A stretch of 64,000 bases of DNA from Eledone cirrhosa (lineage: Eukaryota), in contig CAXHJY010000044.1 in assembly GCA_964016885.1 (NCBI GenBank), forward strand, positions 1-64,000. The letters are read 5' to 3'. Positions 26,835 to 41,105 of this stretch are shown here, one piece after another. Made by a program: the position numbers and the translations under genes. The stretch's first letter is position 1, and each line of letters begins with the position of its first letter. Below the pieces are notes generated by a model, which saw only the letters and a list, made by a program, of their open reading frames with translations, did no database searches and was not told the origin of the DNA.

Positions 26835-27352
26835 GGGAATACGGAAGATGATGTGATTGAAAGGAAGAACAAAGCCTGGGCGGCGTACCACAGCTTGAGA
26901 TCAGTGTGGAAGTCGGACCTTCGTGAGACCTGAAGATCCGCCTCTTCATTGTTGTAGTGAAGTCTGTGCTGCTGTATGGGTCTGAGACTTGGACACTGAC
27001 CAATAAACTCTCTCAGATGGTGGATGGGTACTACACGAGAAGGCTGAGTATGGCTCTGAACATTAATCAGTATACACTGAGAATAAAAAACTCAGAGCTG
27101 TATGGGAGCCTCCCAAAAATCAGCTCAAAAGTGACACTGAGGAGACTGAGGTTAGCTGGACATGCTCACTGACATCCAGAGTTGACACTGCCCTCAGTGC
27201 TCCTGTGGAAGAGGAAGACCAAGGTTAACGTATGTTGATGCCCTAAGGACAGACACTGGTCTGTTGGAGACGCAGGACATGGCAGCGATAATGAGGGACA
27301 GAGACCGCTGGAGAGAACTCGTCCATGGATCTCGGAAATTTTACCCGCCCTA
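26835..27352 (+). mobile_element. RTE-like LINE 3' fragment
   Basis: SVLLYGSETWTLT..RRLRLAGHAH; same family as 40292-40615; TAGA tail. Confidence 0.85.
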
Positions 27353-27360
27353 GATAGATA

Positions 27361-27409
<49 letters not shown>

Positions 27410-27411
<2 letters not shown>

Positions 27412-27575
27412 CATAACAGTAATAAATGAGAAGACTAAAATCTTATGAGGGCTCGATAAGGATAATATATATATCAAATATATAAAAAAACATAGAGCAA
27501 ATATTTATTAAAATAACAGATTAAAGTTAAGGGTGAAAGCAGCAATACTTTGCTTAAACTTTAATCTGTTATTTT

Positions 27576-27580
<5 letters not shown>
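27410..27580. mobile_element. Collapsed version of the 61547-61772 fold-back
   Basis: Same tail and right end; centre deleted across a gtt(a) microhomology. Confidence 0.75.
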
Positions 27581-27608
<28 letters not shown>

Positions 27609-27642
27609 TAGGAATGTGTGTGTGTGTGTGTTAAGATAACCC

Positions 27643-27710
27643 CTCTATCTGATGAACGAACTAGACGTTTGTTAATATTGTCTAGGGTCCTGAAACCTTT
27701 GGTAATGGAG
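27643..27710 (+). ncRNA. Type I hammerhead ribozyme between microsatellites
   Basis: CUCUAU-CUGAUGA-(CUAGAC/GUCUAG)-GAAACC-uuu-GGUA-AUGGAG. Confidence 0.8.
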
Positions 27711-27744
27711 TAGTTATATATTGTGTTGTTCACTTTCTAATCAT

Positions 27745-28394
<650 letters not shown>

Positions 28395-28965
28395 ACAATA
28401 CATGCGTATATGGTGTTTATATGAAATTACTGGTGACATAAATGTCTGAGTCCTTTCCCAAAACATCATCGATTACGGGAGGCTTTTTGCTGCGCTATTC
28501 TCACTAAAAAATAAAAGAAAAAGGTAAGACGTAGAGATAAGAACATTGTCAATCAGATTTACCAAAGTCGATGCTAAACCACGTTAAATTGATTTGCTTT
28601 CCTAAATCCTGCCATCTCAAACTCCGGGTGCACGAAATGATTTAGCCGTTGTGTTATTGATGGAAATACATTGGTACACGGAATAAATATATCACATGGT
28701 ATTTTGTACTTGCTTCTGTCTATTTGTGTGCGTGTGTGTGTATATCTGTGTGACTGCTTAGTGTGTTCATGTGGTTGAATACATTGTCAGATAGGGTATT
28801 AGATTGAAATAACGGGATATGAGCTACTGTGCTTATGTTTGTGTTTGCTTGTATGCATACACACACACACATATAGAGATAAATATATATAATAGATAAA
28901 AATCGAAGTTGTAGCAGCAATATAGCAGATATCATTCGAATTGTTTGAGGCATATCTATGTATAT

Positions 28966-29126
28966 ATATTGTTATACTTTGGGAGGGTCATGTTGCCAAT
29001 AAGAAACACACGCACCTGGTGCATGTGTTTCTTATTGGCAACATGACCCTCCCAAAGTATAACAATATCGGTTTCAACACACGATTTCAGATAAAGAATC
29101 TTGCTAAACAAATTCAGAAACGAAAT
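28966..29126. mobile_element. Centre-collapsed family A fold-back (about 100-bp hairpin plus coding tail)
   Basis: Same ends as 61817-62398; centre gcacctggtgc. Confidence 0.85.
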
Positions 29127-29144
29127 ATATATATATATATATAT

Positions 29145-29749
29145 GGTGGCTGCCACCTCGTTTTCGAGTACGGCCACTACTTTATATCCATGTAGAAGAA
29201 CCCCTACCAATGCGCTGAACGAGTGTGACTTTTTAGTCCAGCCAGCGACTTGAAAACTCTGGTACAAACACTACACTTGTGACAATTATTGACACAGTGC
29301 TAGGCCCATGGTACCCTGTGACGACAAGTGCAGAGAGATCTCCAGATATAAAGCAATGCCTGTGCCGTGAAGCTTTTATAGTGAGCAAAGGCACTGCACA
29401 AAGCCAGTCCCACTCTCTTAACCAAGATGATATTTACCAAAAAGAAGAACAAGTCAACATCATTGGATACCATCAGGGTTGCAGGTGTTATATCAGAGTC
29501 TTCCTTCTCCTAGAATTCTGCCTTGACAAAGACTAAGGGGTCATCTCTCCCGGTGATTTTGGATGGCCATTGACTCTTAAGAGCTCCTTTGCCCTTTGAC
29601 AGGTTTTGTTTTTAGTCCTGCAGGATGTCCAACTTCACCCTCCTCACCAAGAAACCTCGGTGGGGTTGCCAGTTTAGTCGCCAACGACCCGACCATGAGT
29701 CAGGTTGTACTGGGATACATGTTACCAGTAGCACCAACTGGTGACCTGA
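29145..29749 (-). mobile_element. Longest copy of the bipartite non-autonomous RTE derivative (about 605 bp)
   Basis: Structured 5' end; motif cccttag..ttctaggagaagg shared with the putative RTE 5' UTR near 56420-56480; C2H2-coding 3' end; flanked by (TA)n. Confidence 0.75.
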
Positions 29750-29766
29750 TATATATATATATATAC

Positions 29767-29797
<31 letters not shown>

Positions 29798-29816
29798 CAT
29801 ATACATACATATATAT

Positions 29817-30192
29817 GGTGGCTGCCAACTCGTTTTCGAGTACGGCCACTACTTTATATCCATGTAGGAGAACCCCTACCGATGCGCTGAACGAATGTGA
29901 CTTTAGTCCAGCCAGCGACTTGAAAACTCTGGTACAAAGACTACACTTGTGACCATTATTGACACATAGTGCAGGGCCCATGGTACCATGTGATGACAAG
30001 TGCAGAGAGATCTCCAGATATAAAGCAATGCCTGTGCTGTGAAGCTTTTATAGTGAGCAAAGGCACTGCACAAAGCCAGTCCCACTCTCTTAACCAAGAT
30101 GATATTTACCAAAAAGAAGAACAGGTCAACATCATTGGATACCATCAGGGTTGCAGGTGTTATATCAGAGTTTTCCTTCTCCTAGAATTCTG
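29817..30192 (-). mobile_element. 5'-truncated copy of the bipartite RTE derivative
   Basis: High identity to 29145-29520. Confidence 0.8.
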
Positions 30193-30194
30193 GT

Positions 30195-30655
30195 ATCTCA
30201 CCCCAGAAAGAATTCTATAGACTTCTGACTGAGGAATGCTTTCAGAACTGACCAATGGGAAGTTTGACACTTTTTTTGTTATTTCGTTCCTTTAACACCT
30301 TGTCCCTTCTACTATTTTATCAATTTCTAAGCTAACTCCAACAATAACAACACTTAGAATGAGGAATGTTCTAATAACTGACCAATGAGAGGAGAAGGGG
30401 ACCTTTGACACTGAAATTCGCTTGTTTGAATTCATATGACTCCAGTTCCTCAGTGAATTAACAACCCAACAGGGAACTGGGCATATCAGAGTATTGACAA
30501 TATTATACACCTAAACAACATATGTACTGGTCTATACCATACTAATTCAAACTGCCTGAAGAGGTCACAGCCAAAGATGGCTGTCACTGAAATATATATA
30601 GCAGTAATAAACGAAGCAAAATTTTAATCATTTGACTTTTATTTAACTTTATTTT
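30195..30655 (+). mobile_element. HHR-terminated repeat (HHR 30551-30605)
   Basis: Copy of 13003-13443 with an identical HHR. Confidence 0.8.
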
Positions 30656-30830
30656 ATATATATATATACGTATATATATATATATATATATATACGTATA
30701 TATATATATATATACGTATATATATATATATATACGTATATATATATACGTGTATATATATATATATACGTGTATATATATATATACGTGTATATATATA
30801 TATATACGTGTATATATGTATATATATATA

Positions 30831-31331
30831 TTGATTTTGCAGCAAAATCAATGTTAATGGATGGGTGCAGTGACACCACATCCATGCTGCCTATTGTGCA
30901 GTTGGATAGGTTCCTGTTTTTGTTGCACTCACTGATTCTGCTAAACAAACAAGCAAATAAATAAATATATAGACAGACTGAATAAAAATGGCGTAGACAT
31001 ACAATACAACAGGAGGAAACGATAGCACCACTGACGATGTTGCAGATGTGCAACGAAAGATTTATGATAAACTATATATATGTGTTTGTGTCTATATTGT
31101 ATCTGTATTATGTTTGACCGTCGGTCAGTCAATGGCAACATTGAGGACCGAGTAAGTTAGATTACCGATATAAAAGACACAGAAGCGAGAAGCGAAAACC
31201 AACCAAACAGTGAGTGTGTTCTGTTATTAATTCTGGCAATATTACACAAATATGACCCTCCCCAAGTATAACAATATTTGTTCCGACACACGATTTCATA
31301 TAAAAAACCTCGCAAAACTAATTCATCGCCG

Positions 31332-31335
<4 letters not shown>
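30831..31335. mobile_element. Inverted PLE RT fragment (-) joined to a family A-related pLTR (+) with HHR 31027-31068 and coding tail
   Basis: Minus strand [16 protein letters not shown] (RT motif A); plus strand CUGACGA-U-GUUGCA/UGCAAC-GAAA; tail [28 protein letters not shown]. Confidence 0.8.
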
Positions 31336-31404
<69 letters not shown>

Positions 31405-31587
31405 AAAATAGAACGGGAACAAAACAGAGAGGCAGTACAAAGGTTTATTAGTTTCACGCTTTTGAGGGTGGGGTTGTGCTGGATATATGTAATATATGAT
31501 ATGAACATAAATAATATATTTCTGCTCTCTTCCCAATTGAGCACTGTTTTCTTCTTTCCTTGTCACATCTATGCTACACACACACAC

Positions 31588-31708
<121 letters not shown>

Positions 31709-34700
31709 AATATATATAGTTATGTGTTTCTATGTCCGAGTTTACATTTGTATTTACTGTTTTGTTATATATCGTAATATTGTGGTCCGACGAGCAGAAA
31801 TCGATGAAATAAATACTGGAGTCAATATGATCGATATGTTCCCTTGGCTGATACACAGAATAATAGAATTTATAAAAATAACAGAATAAAAGAAAACCAA
31901 AATATATATATTCTTGGTTTCCAAAATTAATTTGTGTATTTGTAACACAATAATATGTACATATTGAAATATTTAAAGCTATTTATCATTACGGTGAATT
32001 CCAACTACTTTTATAGAAAAATATTGAATATGTTATTTCAAATAACACTATATTTTATTAATGAGAATATGTCATAATTAAAATTTTCCTTAGTTTATTT
32101 ATTTCATTCCACCAAAGCCTATTATGTTTGGATATTTATTAAAATTTGCGTATTTTAATTTTTATTTTTCGTTATGTTTTGATACTGTATTGATAACTCG
32201 TAACGGAGAAATTGCTGAGAATAGTCAATAAGAAACAAAACAAACAAAAATTGTTGAAACGTATAAAACAAAAATATACATATGTTATGTCTTGTGTTAT
32301 TGACCCAATAGTGACATGTTGGTTTATAACAAAACGAGAGATATTGCAAAATGTATATCTGTTTAATTTTAGATTGTTTAACTACGTCGAAACTAGAGCT
32401 TCTATCATAACATTTCAAGTTGAAGGCATATCTTTGAATAAGTTAGCAAAACGTCAGCTTAAAGACTTTTCGATTGTCAGTGTCATTGGAACATCAGATT
32501 AAACGCCCTAGGAATTTGATCTAGATGTCTGAACTCCGAGTTCAAATCTTGCCGAGGTTAAATTTCTTTTCACCCTTTCGGGATCAATAAATGAAGTATC
32601 ACTACAAGGGTGGTGGATTGGGGAAATAGTCAGGTGGAACACTTTGCAGCATCTGATCTGGTTCTGTGCATCCTGAGTTCAAATCCCACTCCGTCTGACA
32701 GGAATTGCAACCGGCACATTGTATCAGGAAATAGAAAGACTAATAGAAATAGTTTCCTTAGTCCAATCAGACGATCGGCCTCCCTTCAGCTCAATTGATT
32801 ATTTTTTTACCAATACAAGCCATTGTCAGTTTCCGTAGATTCCGGAACCTGTGTTTGTAATGGTCTTAAATAGGTAGAGACCAGAAAAAAAGCACAAGAA
32901 CTAGGAAAAGTTTTTAGTTCTAGAACCTGCCAGAAGAGCATTCAAGAAGTTCATGGATGTCCATATCAGATGATACATTTTGATGTCGTCTAACTGAAAT
33001 GGTTTTAATCAGTAGCATTACCTTCAAAGAATGATGTCTGCAATTAATAAGAAAAGTATAAATAGGAGAATAACAAAAATAAAATAAAACCACTTGGTAT
33101 CATTTCATATTAACTCTGTAACATTCAGAAGTACTGACAAGTCATTTTCTACAGACGGCTGTCTCAATTTATCGGTTCAAACAATTCAATGGTAGTATGG
33201 GAAATGTACTTGCAGACATAATTCGGGCAGCATAGTTAGATCAAAGAAATATTCTGTAAGTCGGTAGCAAAATGATATATTCTTTTATCTTTTTATTTGT
33301 CATTGGGTTGCTGCCATGCTGGAGCAATTCATTGAAGGATTTCAGTCGTTTTGCCTGGTATTTAGAGCTTGGATCTCTTAAGAAGGAATGCCAAACTTGA
33401 GCTGGACGAAAAGGGGGTGAGGTTTGTAATGAGAACGTAAAAGGAAGTAAGCAAATACCGCAAGGTATTTTTGTTCGATACTGCTGATTCAACTATCACT
33501 TGTCGATACACAAGTACACTGAGCGAATTTCCTTCTACCCAATGTCACTTCAGACTTTGTTTGGCGCGAGTCAGTAGTAGAAGACAATTGACCAAATGCC
33601 GAGCCATGGGATTGAATCCCAAACTACGATGTCACAAAGCGAACCTCTTTCCCTTTCTGCCATGCACACGCCCATTGTCTCACAAACCCCTACCCAGTAG
33701 GTGTCGGTGAAAGTTTGAGTGACTCTTCCATAGCGAAAGCTACAAATTATTATGGAATGGACATTAAGATTTTGTTGGATTATTCAACAACATAATTTTC
33801 CAATCCACAAATTATGTCGGAGTGGGTTTAAGGACTTGATCTCGGTTGGTTTCTACAATAACGAGATCTTAACACAATTGAAAACAAATAGTTACACTGA
33901 AAGCAACAATTTAGACGAGATGGGAATGAGATTATATGTGAAATTCCTGTTAACCTCATATGCTCTTATTCTAAAGTAGTATGGAAATTAATTAGATTTG
34001 CGAAGTATTGGAAATCCTGAAGCGTTATCCGCACGAAAAACAATATTTATGTTTGTGTTAACATACTTAAGGAAAACAGAATTGTAATACATTTTATAAA
34101 TTGTTTAATGGCATATTCAGGGAAGGAAATGCAATGCCCATTATATTTTTCAGGAACACGATTAAGACGAATGGGGAACGACATCTTAACATCGGACCCC
34201 TGGCTCGAATATTTGAATACTTGCTCGAATATTTTCAAGTATTGCACCAAGAAAACTAAAACGTCGGCGTGAAGAGATTATGAATTTATTTGCTTTGACA
34301 TATGTTTCTGTATCTATTATAAATTTCTACATATGCTGACTACAGTATATATTGTTCAACCATTGGCAATACTTAATTATTTATTACACTTTATCAGAAA
34401 GCCTATAGTAGTGGAATTCAACTGTTCACTACGAGGTAAAATTCAGTAATGAGATTTTCGTTTAAGAAATATAAATAAGTTAAAAATAGCATGAAATTTA
34501 GTCAGTTAGTAGAGAGGAGAGGGAGTGTGGGTAAAGAGTTTCACACTATCAATCCGTGTGTTGTGATGTGGAACAACTATTCTTTGACCATTGTTATAGG
34601 TGAAGGTTTTGATGTTTTCCATATATGGAGGTAGAGAAGGTATAAGAAGAGGGACAGAGAAAGATAAGGTTGAGATTAAGAGTAGGCTAGATTGGGCAGG

Positions 34701-35027
34701 GAGGAGAGGAATTAAGAAAATGGGATTGTTTTGAATACTACTGAATCCAGTGGATGTGAAAAGTTCAAATGCCAGGAAATGTACCAAATAGGATAGAGTA
34801 AAACCTAGGTATGAGGGATCGAAATATATATATATATAGAATGGAAAACGAAAAATCAGTGATGCCTCGTAACTCATACGTACATATATATGTGTGCATG
34901 TATGTATATATATATACATACTATTGTACGTGTGTATATATATATGTATGTACGTATACATACATACTTACATTTAAGTGTCAGCCGTACTAAGAGTGAG
35001 AAATGAAATTTCGTTTCATTCTTTTCC

Positions 35028-35097
<70 letters not shown>

Positions 35098-35429
35098 AAA
35101 AGAATTTGAAAATGATAATCATAAGAAGTGTGTGACTGGTAAAGTAAATAAATATTCTTAAAAGACTCCAGTTGCAATTTCAAATTATATTCTTACCTGT
35201 GTGGGACATTTATAAAAGTAACCTTACTTTCTTATATATTAGATAAATACAGTGAACGAAAGAGAATATTGACCAAAGTCTATTAGTTTTTTCATTTCTT
35301 TTCGGGAAGGGGAATACTTCAGCGAAGCAGTACATGAAAAAGTAGTAATTTGTATGTAACAACATTTATACAGTTTTTGTAATAACTATTGATACGGCTC
35401 TGTTTTAGAAATATAACAAATTGTTGCGA

Positions 35430-35848
35430 AAATCTTAATACTCATCCCCTCAAGGAAGCCTGTGCAGTGCAATCTGGATGTAAGTGCAGTTCCACTGAAG
35501 CAGGTCGAGATGTTCAAGTATCTCGGGGCTGTATTCATGAGTGACAGAATAAGGCAGGAGGCTGAGAAAATGCAATAATTGCAGGAGCTGGAGCAGTAAT
35601 GTGCCAGCTTCAGCATTCGGTCATCAGAAGAAGGGAGGTAGGTGTAAAAGCCAAACACGATTATATTCAATTCCGTATTCGGTCCAACTCATACCTATGG
35701 TAATAAATCTTGGGTAATGACCGAAACAAAACGATCGCGAATACAAGCAGTCGAAATAAGGTTCCTCGGAAGAGTCGTTGGAGTAATGTTACTCGATAGG
35801 GTGCGTAGCTCGAAGATCAGTGATTCGTTCCAGGTAGAGCCACTATTA
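35430..35848 (+). mobile_element. RTE-clade LINE 3' fragment
   Basis: QVEMFKYLGAVF..FNSVFGPTHTYGNKSWVMT..RIQAVEIRFLGRVVGV..DRVRS. Confidence 0.8.
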
Positions 35849-36016
35849 AGAAGAAGACCACCATAACAAAGATAATAGGTTTAGGAAATACTTAGGTAGG
35901 TTGTATATGTAAGTCTTTTTAATTGTGTGACTATGTATTTATGTATGTATGTTATAGTTTTATACTTTTATAAATTTGTGCCAATAGAGAGACGGGGAGT
36001 GAGTGAGAGAGGGAGA

Positions 36017-36064
<48 letters not shown>

Positions 36065-36822
36065 TTCTAACATAGACACAGGTCTCTGTCATTGGAATTT
36101 AAACAACATCAACTAGGTAGATATGTCTGCATGTCTGCATGCATGCGTGTGTGTGTAGTTATGGATGTTATTGTATGTGTGCATGTCTATGTTTTGAGTT
36201 ATAGGTGTGCATGTGCATATCTTACGCCAACAACGTGGTTATTATTGTTAAATCAAACGATGTTATAATATCAGAGAGTCAATGTGTCATTTGAACATCG
36301 CCTAGGAAGACAAGCGTTTCCTTCAGATCAATTTACATTCTTCAGTCATTAACACTATTCAAATATCTCTTTCAACTTTTCTTCGTTTATATTCCTGCGG
36401 TGTTAGTTAATGCATCAGCAAATATATTGGAAACTTGATATTTGAAACCAGGCATACACTACATACATGCTCCTACGATGCTTAACTTCCATATCGATAG
36501 CGCCAGCCTCCACATTCTAATACTTCCAGCAATTTATCTACACCATACACTATCCTCATGAGGAACCATAACGGGTAACTTTCTCCACGATAGTTCAGAA
36601 TGCCCGTCGTTGCCGGGTCAGGCCTTTCGCCACTGTAAATAAAGACCCCTTCTCCTCAATATGATCGTATTTAAATAGTCCCAGAAATCTGCTATTTCAG
36701 GGGAGAGCAAGATTTAAACTATATGTTGAAAGATACATAAGCGAAAACCAACCAAACAGTGAGTGTGTTCTGTTATTATTTCTGGCAATATTATAACAAT
36801 ATGACCCTCCCCAAGTATAACA

Positions 36823-36910
<88 letters not shown>

Positions 36911-36914
<4 letters not shown>

Positions 36915-37130
36915 AGGGAGTGTAACGTGAAGTTACTGTAGGTTCACTCAGGTGAGCACTCGATATATATTCATTCTGTCATTACTACAGCAGAAGGCCG
37001 ACGAGCTTTTGATTCCACAATCGGGCCAGATCGATACAGATCGAACCTTGAGCTGATCAATAACGAAATACGCGTCGCCAATCAATAAACGTAATGAAGG
37101 CTTAACATTGTCCTTGTATTATTATGTGAA
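36911..37130. mobile_element. Collapsed fold-back of the 42310-42600 family with a degenerate HHR (36996-37079)
   Basis: 36911-36964 is the reverse complement of 42546-42601; the HHR region aligns to 42361-42460. Confidence 0.7.
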
Positions 37131-37131
37131 A

Positions 37132-37179
<48 letters not shown>

Positions 37180-37200
37180 AAATAAAGAAATCATTATATG

Positions 37201-37287
<87 letters not shown>

Positions 37288-37620
37288 TTTTCGTTTTTAT
37301 ATATAAAGATAAAGAATTACGTTGGTCATAGTGTGGTAAGAAACTCCCCGGAGAGCTAGACAGAAGGTCTTCAGAGAAGAAACCCCCCCGCAAGCGAGTG
37401 TTTCGGCTATTAACTCTTTACACTCTAAGGGGACGACCAGGCCGGATCCTGGTCATGTCACCTGGGTGTCTTTCTGCTACCCGGATATTCCCATTCGGAA
37501 ATCAGAGACTTGCTGTGTATTTAAGCCGTATGGAGATTTTGTTGATAGGATCTAGCTGTAACTACATTCCGTTGCCTCTGCTTTCAAACTTACAGCTCAC
37601 CTTTATTATTTTGGCTATAG

Positions 37621-37806
37621 GGCGGTGGATTGGCAGTATCGGTAGAGGGCCAGACACCATGCTTTGACGCATAGAGTTTCGGCCCTTTCCATTCTGAGCT
37701 CAAATCCCGCCGAGGTCAACTTTGCCTTTCATCCTTACGGGGTCGATAAAATAAAGTACCAGTAATGTACTGGGTAATTGCTGGCCTTGTGCCAAAAGTA
37801 GAAACA
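37621..37806 (+). mobile_element. Full-length tRNA-derived SINE S1
   Basis: Starts ggcggtggattggcagtatcgg (A box); B box variant gagctcaaatcc; ends agtagaaac. Confidence 0.9.
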
Positions 37807-38244
37807 CTTGACGTCAATTTTCCTTATTCATCCTGTGTTTTGCACCGTATCTAATACGTATTTCATACATACCCTGATTACTGCCACTTTAACAGCATAT
37901 CACATACTTCATGCTATATCTGTTGACTTTCCTTATAACATAGAAGTACATGTTCATGCACACACGATGCACACTTGTATTTATTCATTTGCTGTGTGTG
38001 TGTGTGTGTGTGGTTGTGTGTGTATGTATGTGTGAGTTTCATGAAATATGTATGCGATCATGTATGTGTATGTGTGTTAGTCTTCCTACATATTTTTACT
38101 TATTTAATATGATGGTAATTAATATCTCGCAGCGAAGCCTTGACGTCACTATTGAATTATGAAAGACTAAATCTATTTTAGAGATTCTGTTAGAAAATCG
38201 TAGCGAAATATAGGTAATATACATACATATATACACATATGTTT

Positions 38245-38275
<31 letters not shown>

Positions 38276-38850
38276 CTACACACACACATATATATCTATG
38301 TATGTATCGTGTTAATATTTATATATGCATAAATATATGTGTGTGTGTATATGTGTGTCTGTATATATATATATAAAGAGAGAGAGAGAGATACATACCA
38401 CACACACACACACGTACATACACACATACATCTATGTCTATTCTAGATATTCTTGTGTCCATGTCATATAAAAAAAATGACGACTACATTATTAATTACA
38501 CATAAAGCAAAACGGCCAGACAAAACCGTTCATAAATTTCTGACCTTCACACTTTTTATTTGATTGTTTGATTGTAAAATATTATCATTTTGTCTTAACT
38601 TCCACACAGACATTATATACTTCCATGCATACATATAAACATACAGACACACACACACATAGATATATACACACACAGACACACAGACACACACACGCAT
38701 AGATAGACACACACCACACACAAATACATACATATATACACACACGCATACAGAAAGAGAAGCAATCCGTTAAAATACATTTATAAAAAGCTCTTACACA
38801 TATTTCACGCAATGGGGCTCGTCTGAGGCTTTTAATAAAATAAAGAATTT

Positions 38851-39038
38851 AATAATTGTTTCTACTTTAGACACAAGGCCAGCAATTACCCAGTGCATTA
38901 CTGGTACTTTATTTTATCGACCCGGTAAGGATGAAAGGCAAAGTCAACCTCGGCAGGATTTGAACTCAGATCGTAAAGGGACGTAACTATGCTGGAAAGC
39001 ATGGCGTCCGACCCTCTACCGATACTGCCAATCCACCG
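38851..39038 (-). mobile_element. tRNA-derived SINE S1
   Basis: Colinear with other copies. Confidence 0.9.
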
Positions 39039-39084
39039 AGAATTTAATAATGAAGGCTGCACGGGTATGAGTAGTCTATGGCCG

Positions 39085-39300
39085 CAACTGATGACGGTTT
39101 CGGCCCGACTGTTAATGAGATCTAGGGGTGCTTGCACAATATAGTTCAGTTCCATAAGACAGAGGTTGTAGGGTGTTGCCTGGTTGACAATTTCCCAATA
39201 AGTGGAGAAGCTAATGCTAGAGTCGTTTAATTGGGTGATGTAATTGGCGAGGGACGTAGAGTATCTTAGCTTCCTATTGCTAAATGAATAGTAATAAGAA
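39085..39300 (-). pseudogene. PLE GIY-YIG C-terminal relic followed by the 3' half of an HHR
   Basis: YYSFSNRKLRYSTSLANYITQLNDSSISFSTYWEIVNQATPYNLCLMEL, then ggccGAAACcGUC. Confidence 0.75.
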
Positions 39301-39737
39301 GCTAAGATACTCTACGTTGTTCGGGACAGTAAACATAGATTGGCATGTTTATCCCTCCTTTCTGAAACAGTTTCGTCGTATGTTCATCAATTGATGCAGA
39401 AGTCCTAATAAAAAGTGAAGTCGCCTTGGGTGAATAGGCAAATAATTTTGCATTAAGATTTTTCCAAAGCATGTAATTGCGTTCTCTCTCTATTTTGTTG
39501 TTGTTTTTCCTGCTGTTGGTGTGATAGCAGCCGTTGGTCGTACTACTAACACAGTCTCGCCCTTCTTCAGCCAATCGTGTATATCTCCTTCTGCCTCGTC
39601 AGCAATGAGAACAATATTTACTCTAGGGTTCTTATATATTTGATATATATTTATCCTTATCGAGCCTCGTGAAATAAATACGTTTGTTTATATTTTGTTA
39701 TTGTGTATGCAAAAATATCTGTACACGAATATATAAT

Positions 39738-40283
<546 letters not shown>

Positions 40284-40291
40284 CATATATT

Positions 40292-40614
40292 CTAGGGCGG
40301 GTAAAATTCCCGAGATCCATGGATGAGTTCTCTCCAGCGGTCTCTGTCCTTCATTATCGCTGCCATGTCCTGCGTCTCCAACAGACCAGTGTCCGTCTTT
40401 AGGGCATCAGCATACGTTAACCTTGGTCTTCCTCTTCCAGTGTGTCCATGTAGGGGATCCCACAGGAGCACTGAGTGCAATGTCAACACTGGATGTCGGT
40501 GAGCATGTCCAGCTAACCTCAGTCTCCTCTGTGTCACTTTTGAGCTGACTTTTGGGAGGCTCCCATACAGCTCTGAGTTTTTCATCCTCAGTGAATACTG
40601 ATTAATGTTCAGAG

Positions 40615-40615
<1 letters not shown>
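40292..40615 (-). mobile_element. RTE-like LINE 3' fragment
   Basis: ALNINQYSLRMKNSELYGSLPK..RLRLAGHAHRH..GRGRPRLTY. Confidence 0.85.
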
Positions 40616-40697
<82 letters not shown>

Positions 40698-40818
40698 AAT
40701 CTAATCATGCGATTCGTTTGCAATTTTGCAAACAAGCCTCAATATTATAGCCATGTCAGGCTTTTGAAAATAGCATATATTTTCACTAGCTCTGACAGTT
40801 TGGCAGGTGAACAGTGAG

Positions 40819-40862
40819 CTGTACTGATGAAGGGTGATACCCCGAAACATTAGTGTTTGCAG
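40819..40862 (+). ncRNA. Type I hammerhead ribozyme inside an inverted repeat (about 40710-40962)
   Basis: CUGUA-CUGAUGA-a-GGGU-gau-ACCC-c-GAAACA-uuag-UGUU-UGCAG. Confidence 0.85.
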
Positions 40863-41034
40863 TTCTGTTCGCATGCCAACATAAAAGCAAAAAGGAAGTG
40901 TTCATTCTCCTGGCATGGTTATAAAATTGAAGTTTGTTTGCAAAATTGCAAACGAATCGAATTTTATTATTAACATTCGAAAAACTCAGATTTCATTTAT
41001 TATATTCAGCCATGTAGAGCGAAATTTTCTTTTT

Positions 41035-41105
<71 letters not shown>

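Noticed and set aside
37621-37710. tRNA gene
   Set aside because: The A/B boxes belong to a multi-copy SINE head; no cloverleaf
39530-39575. HHR-like CUGAAGA on the minus strand
   Set aside because: GAAA and stem II are not intact; too degenerate to call
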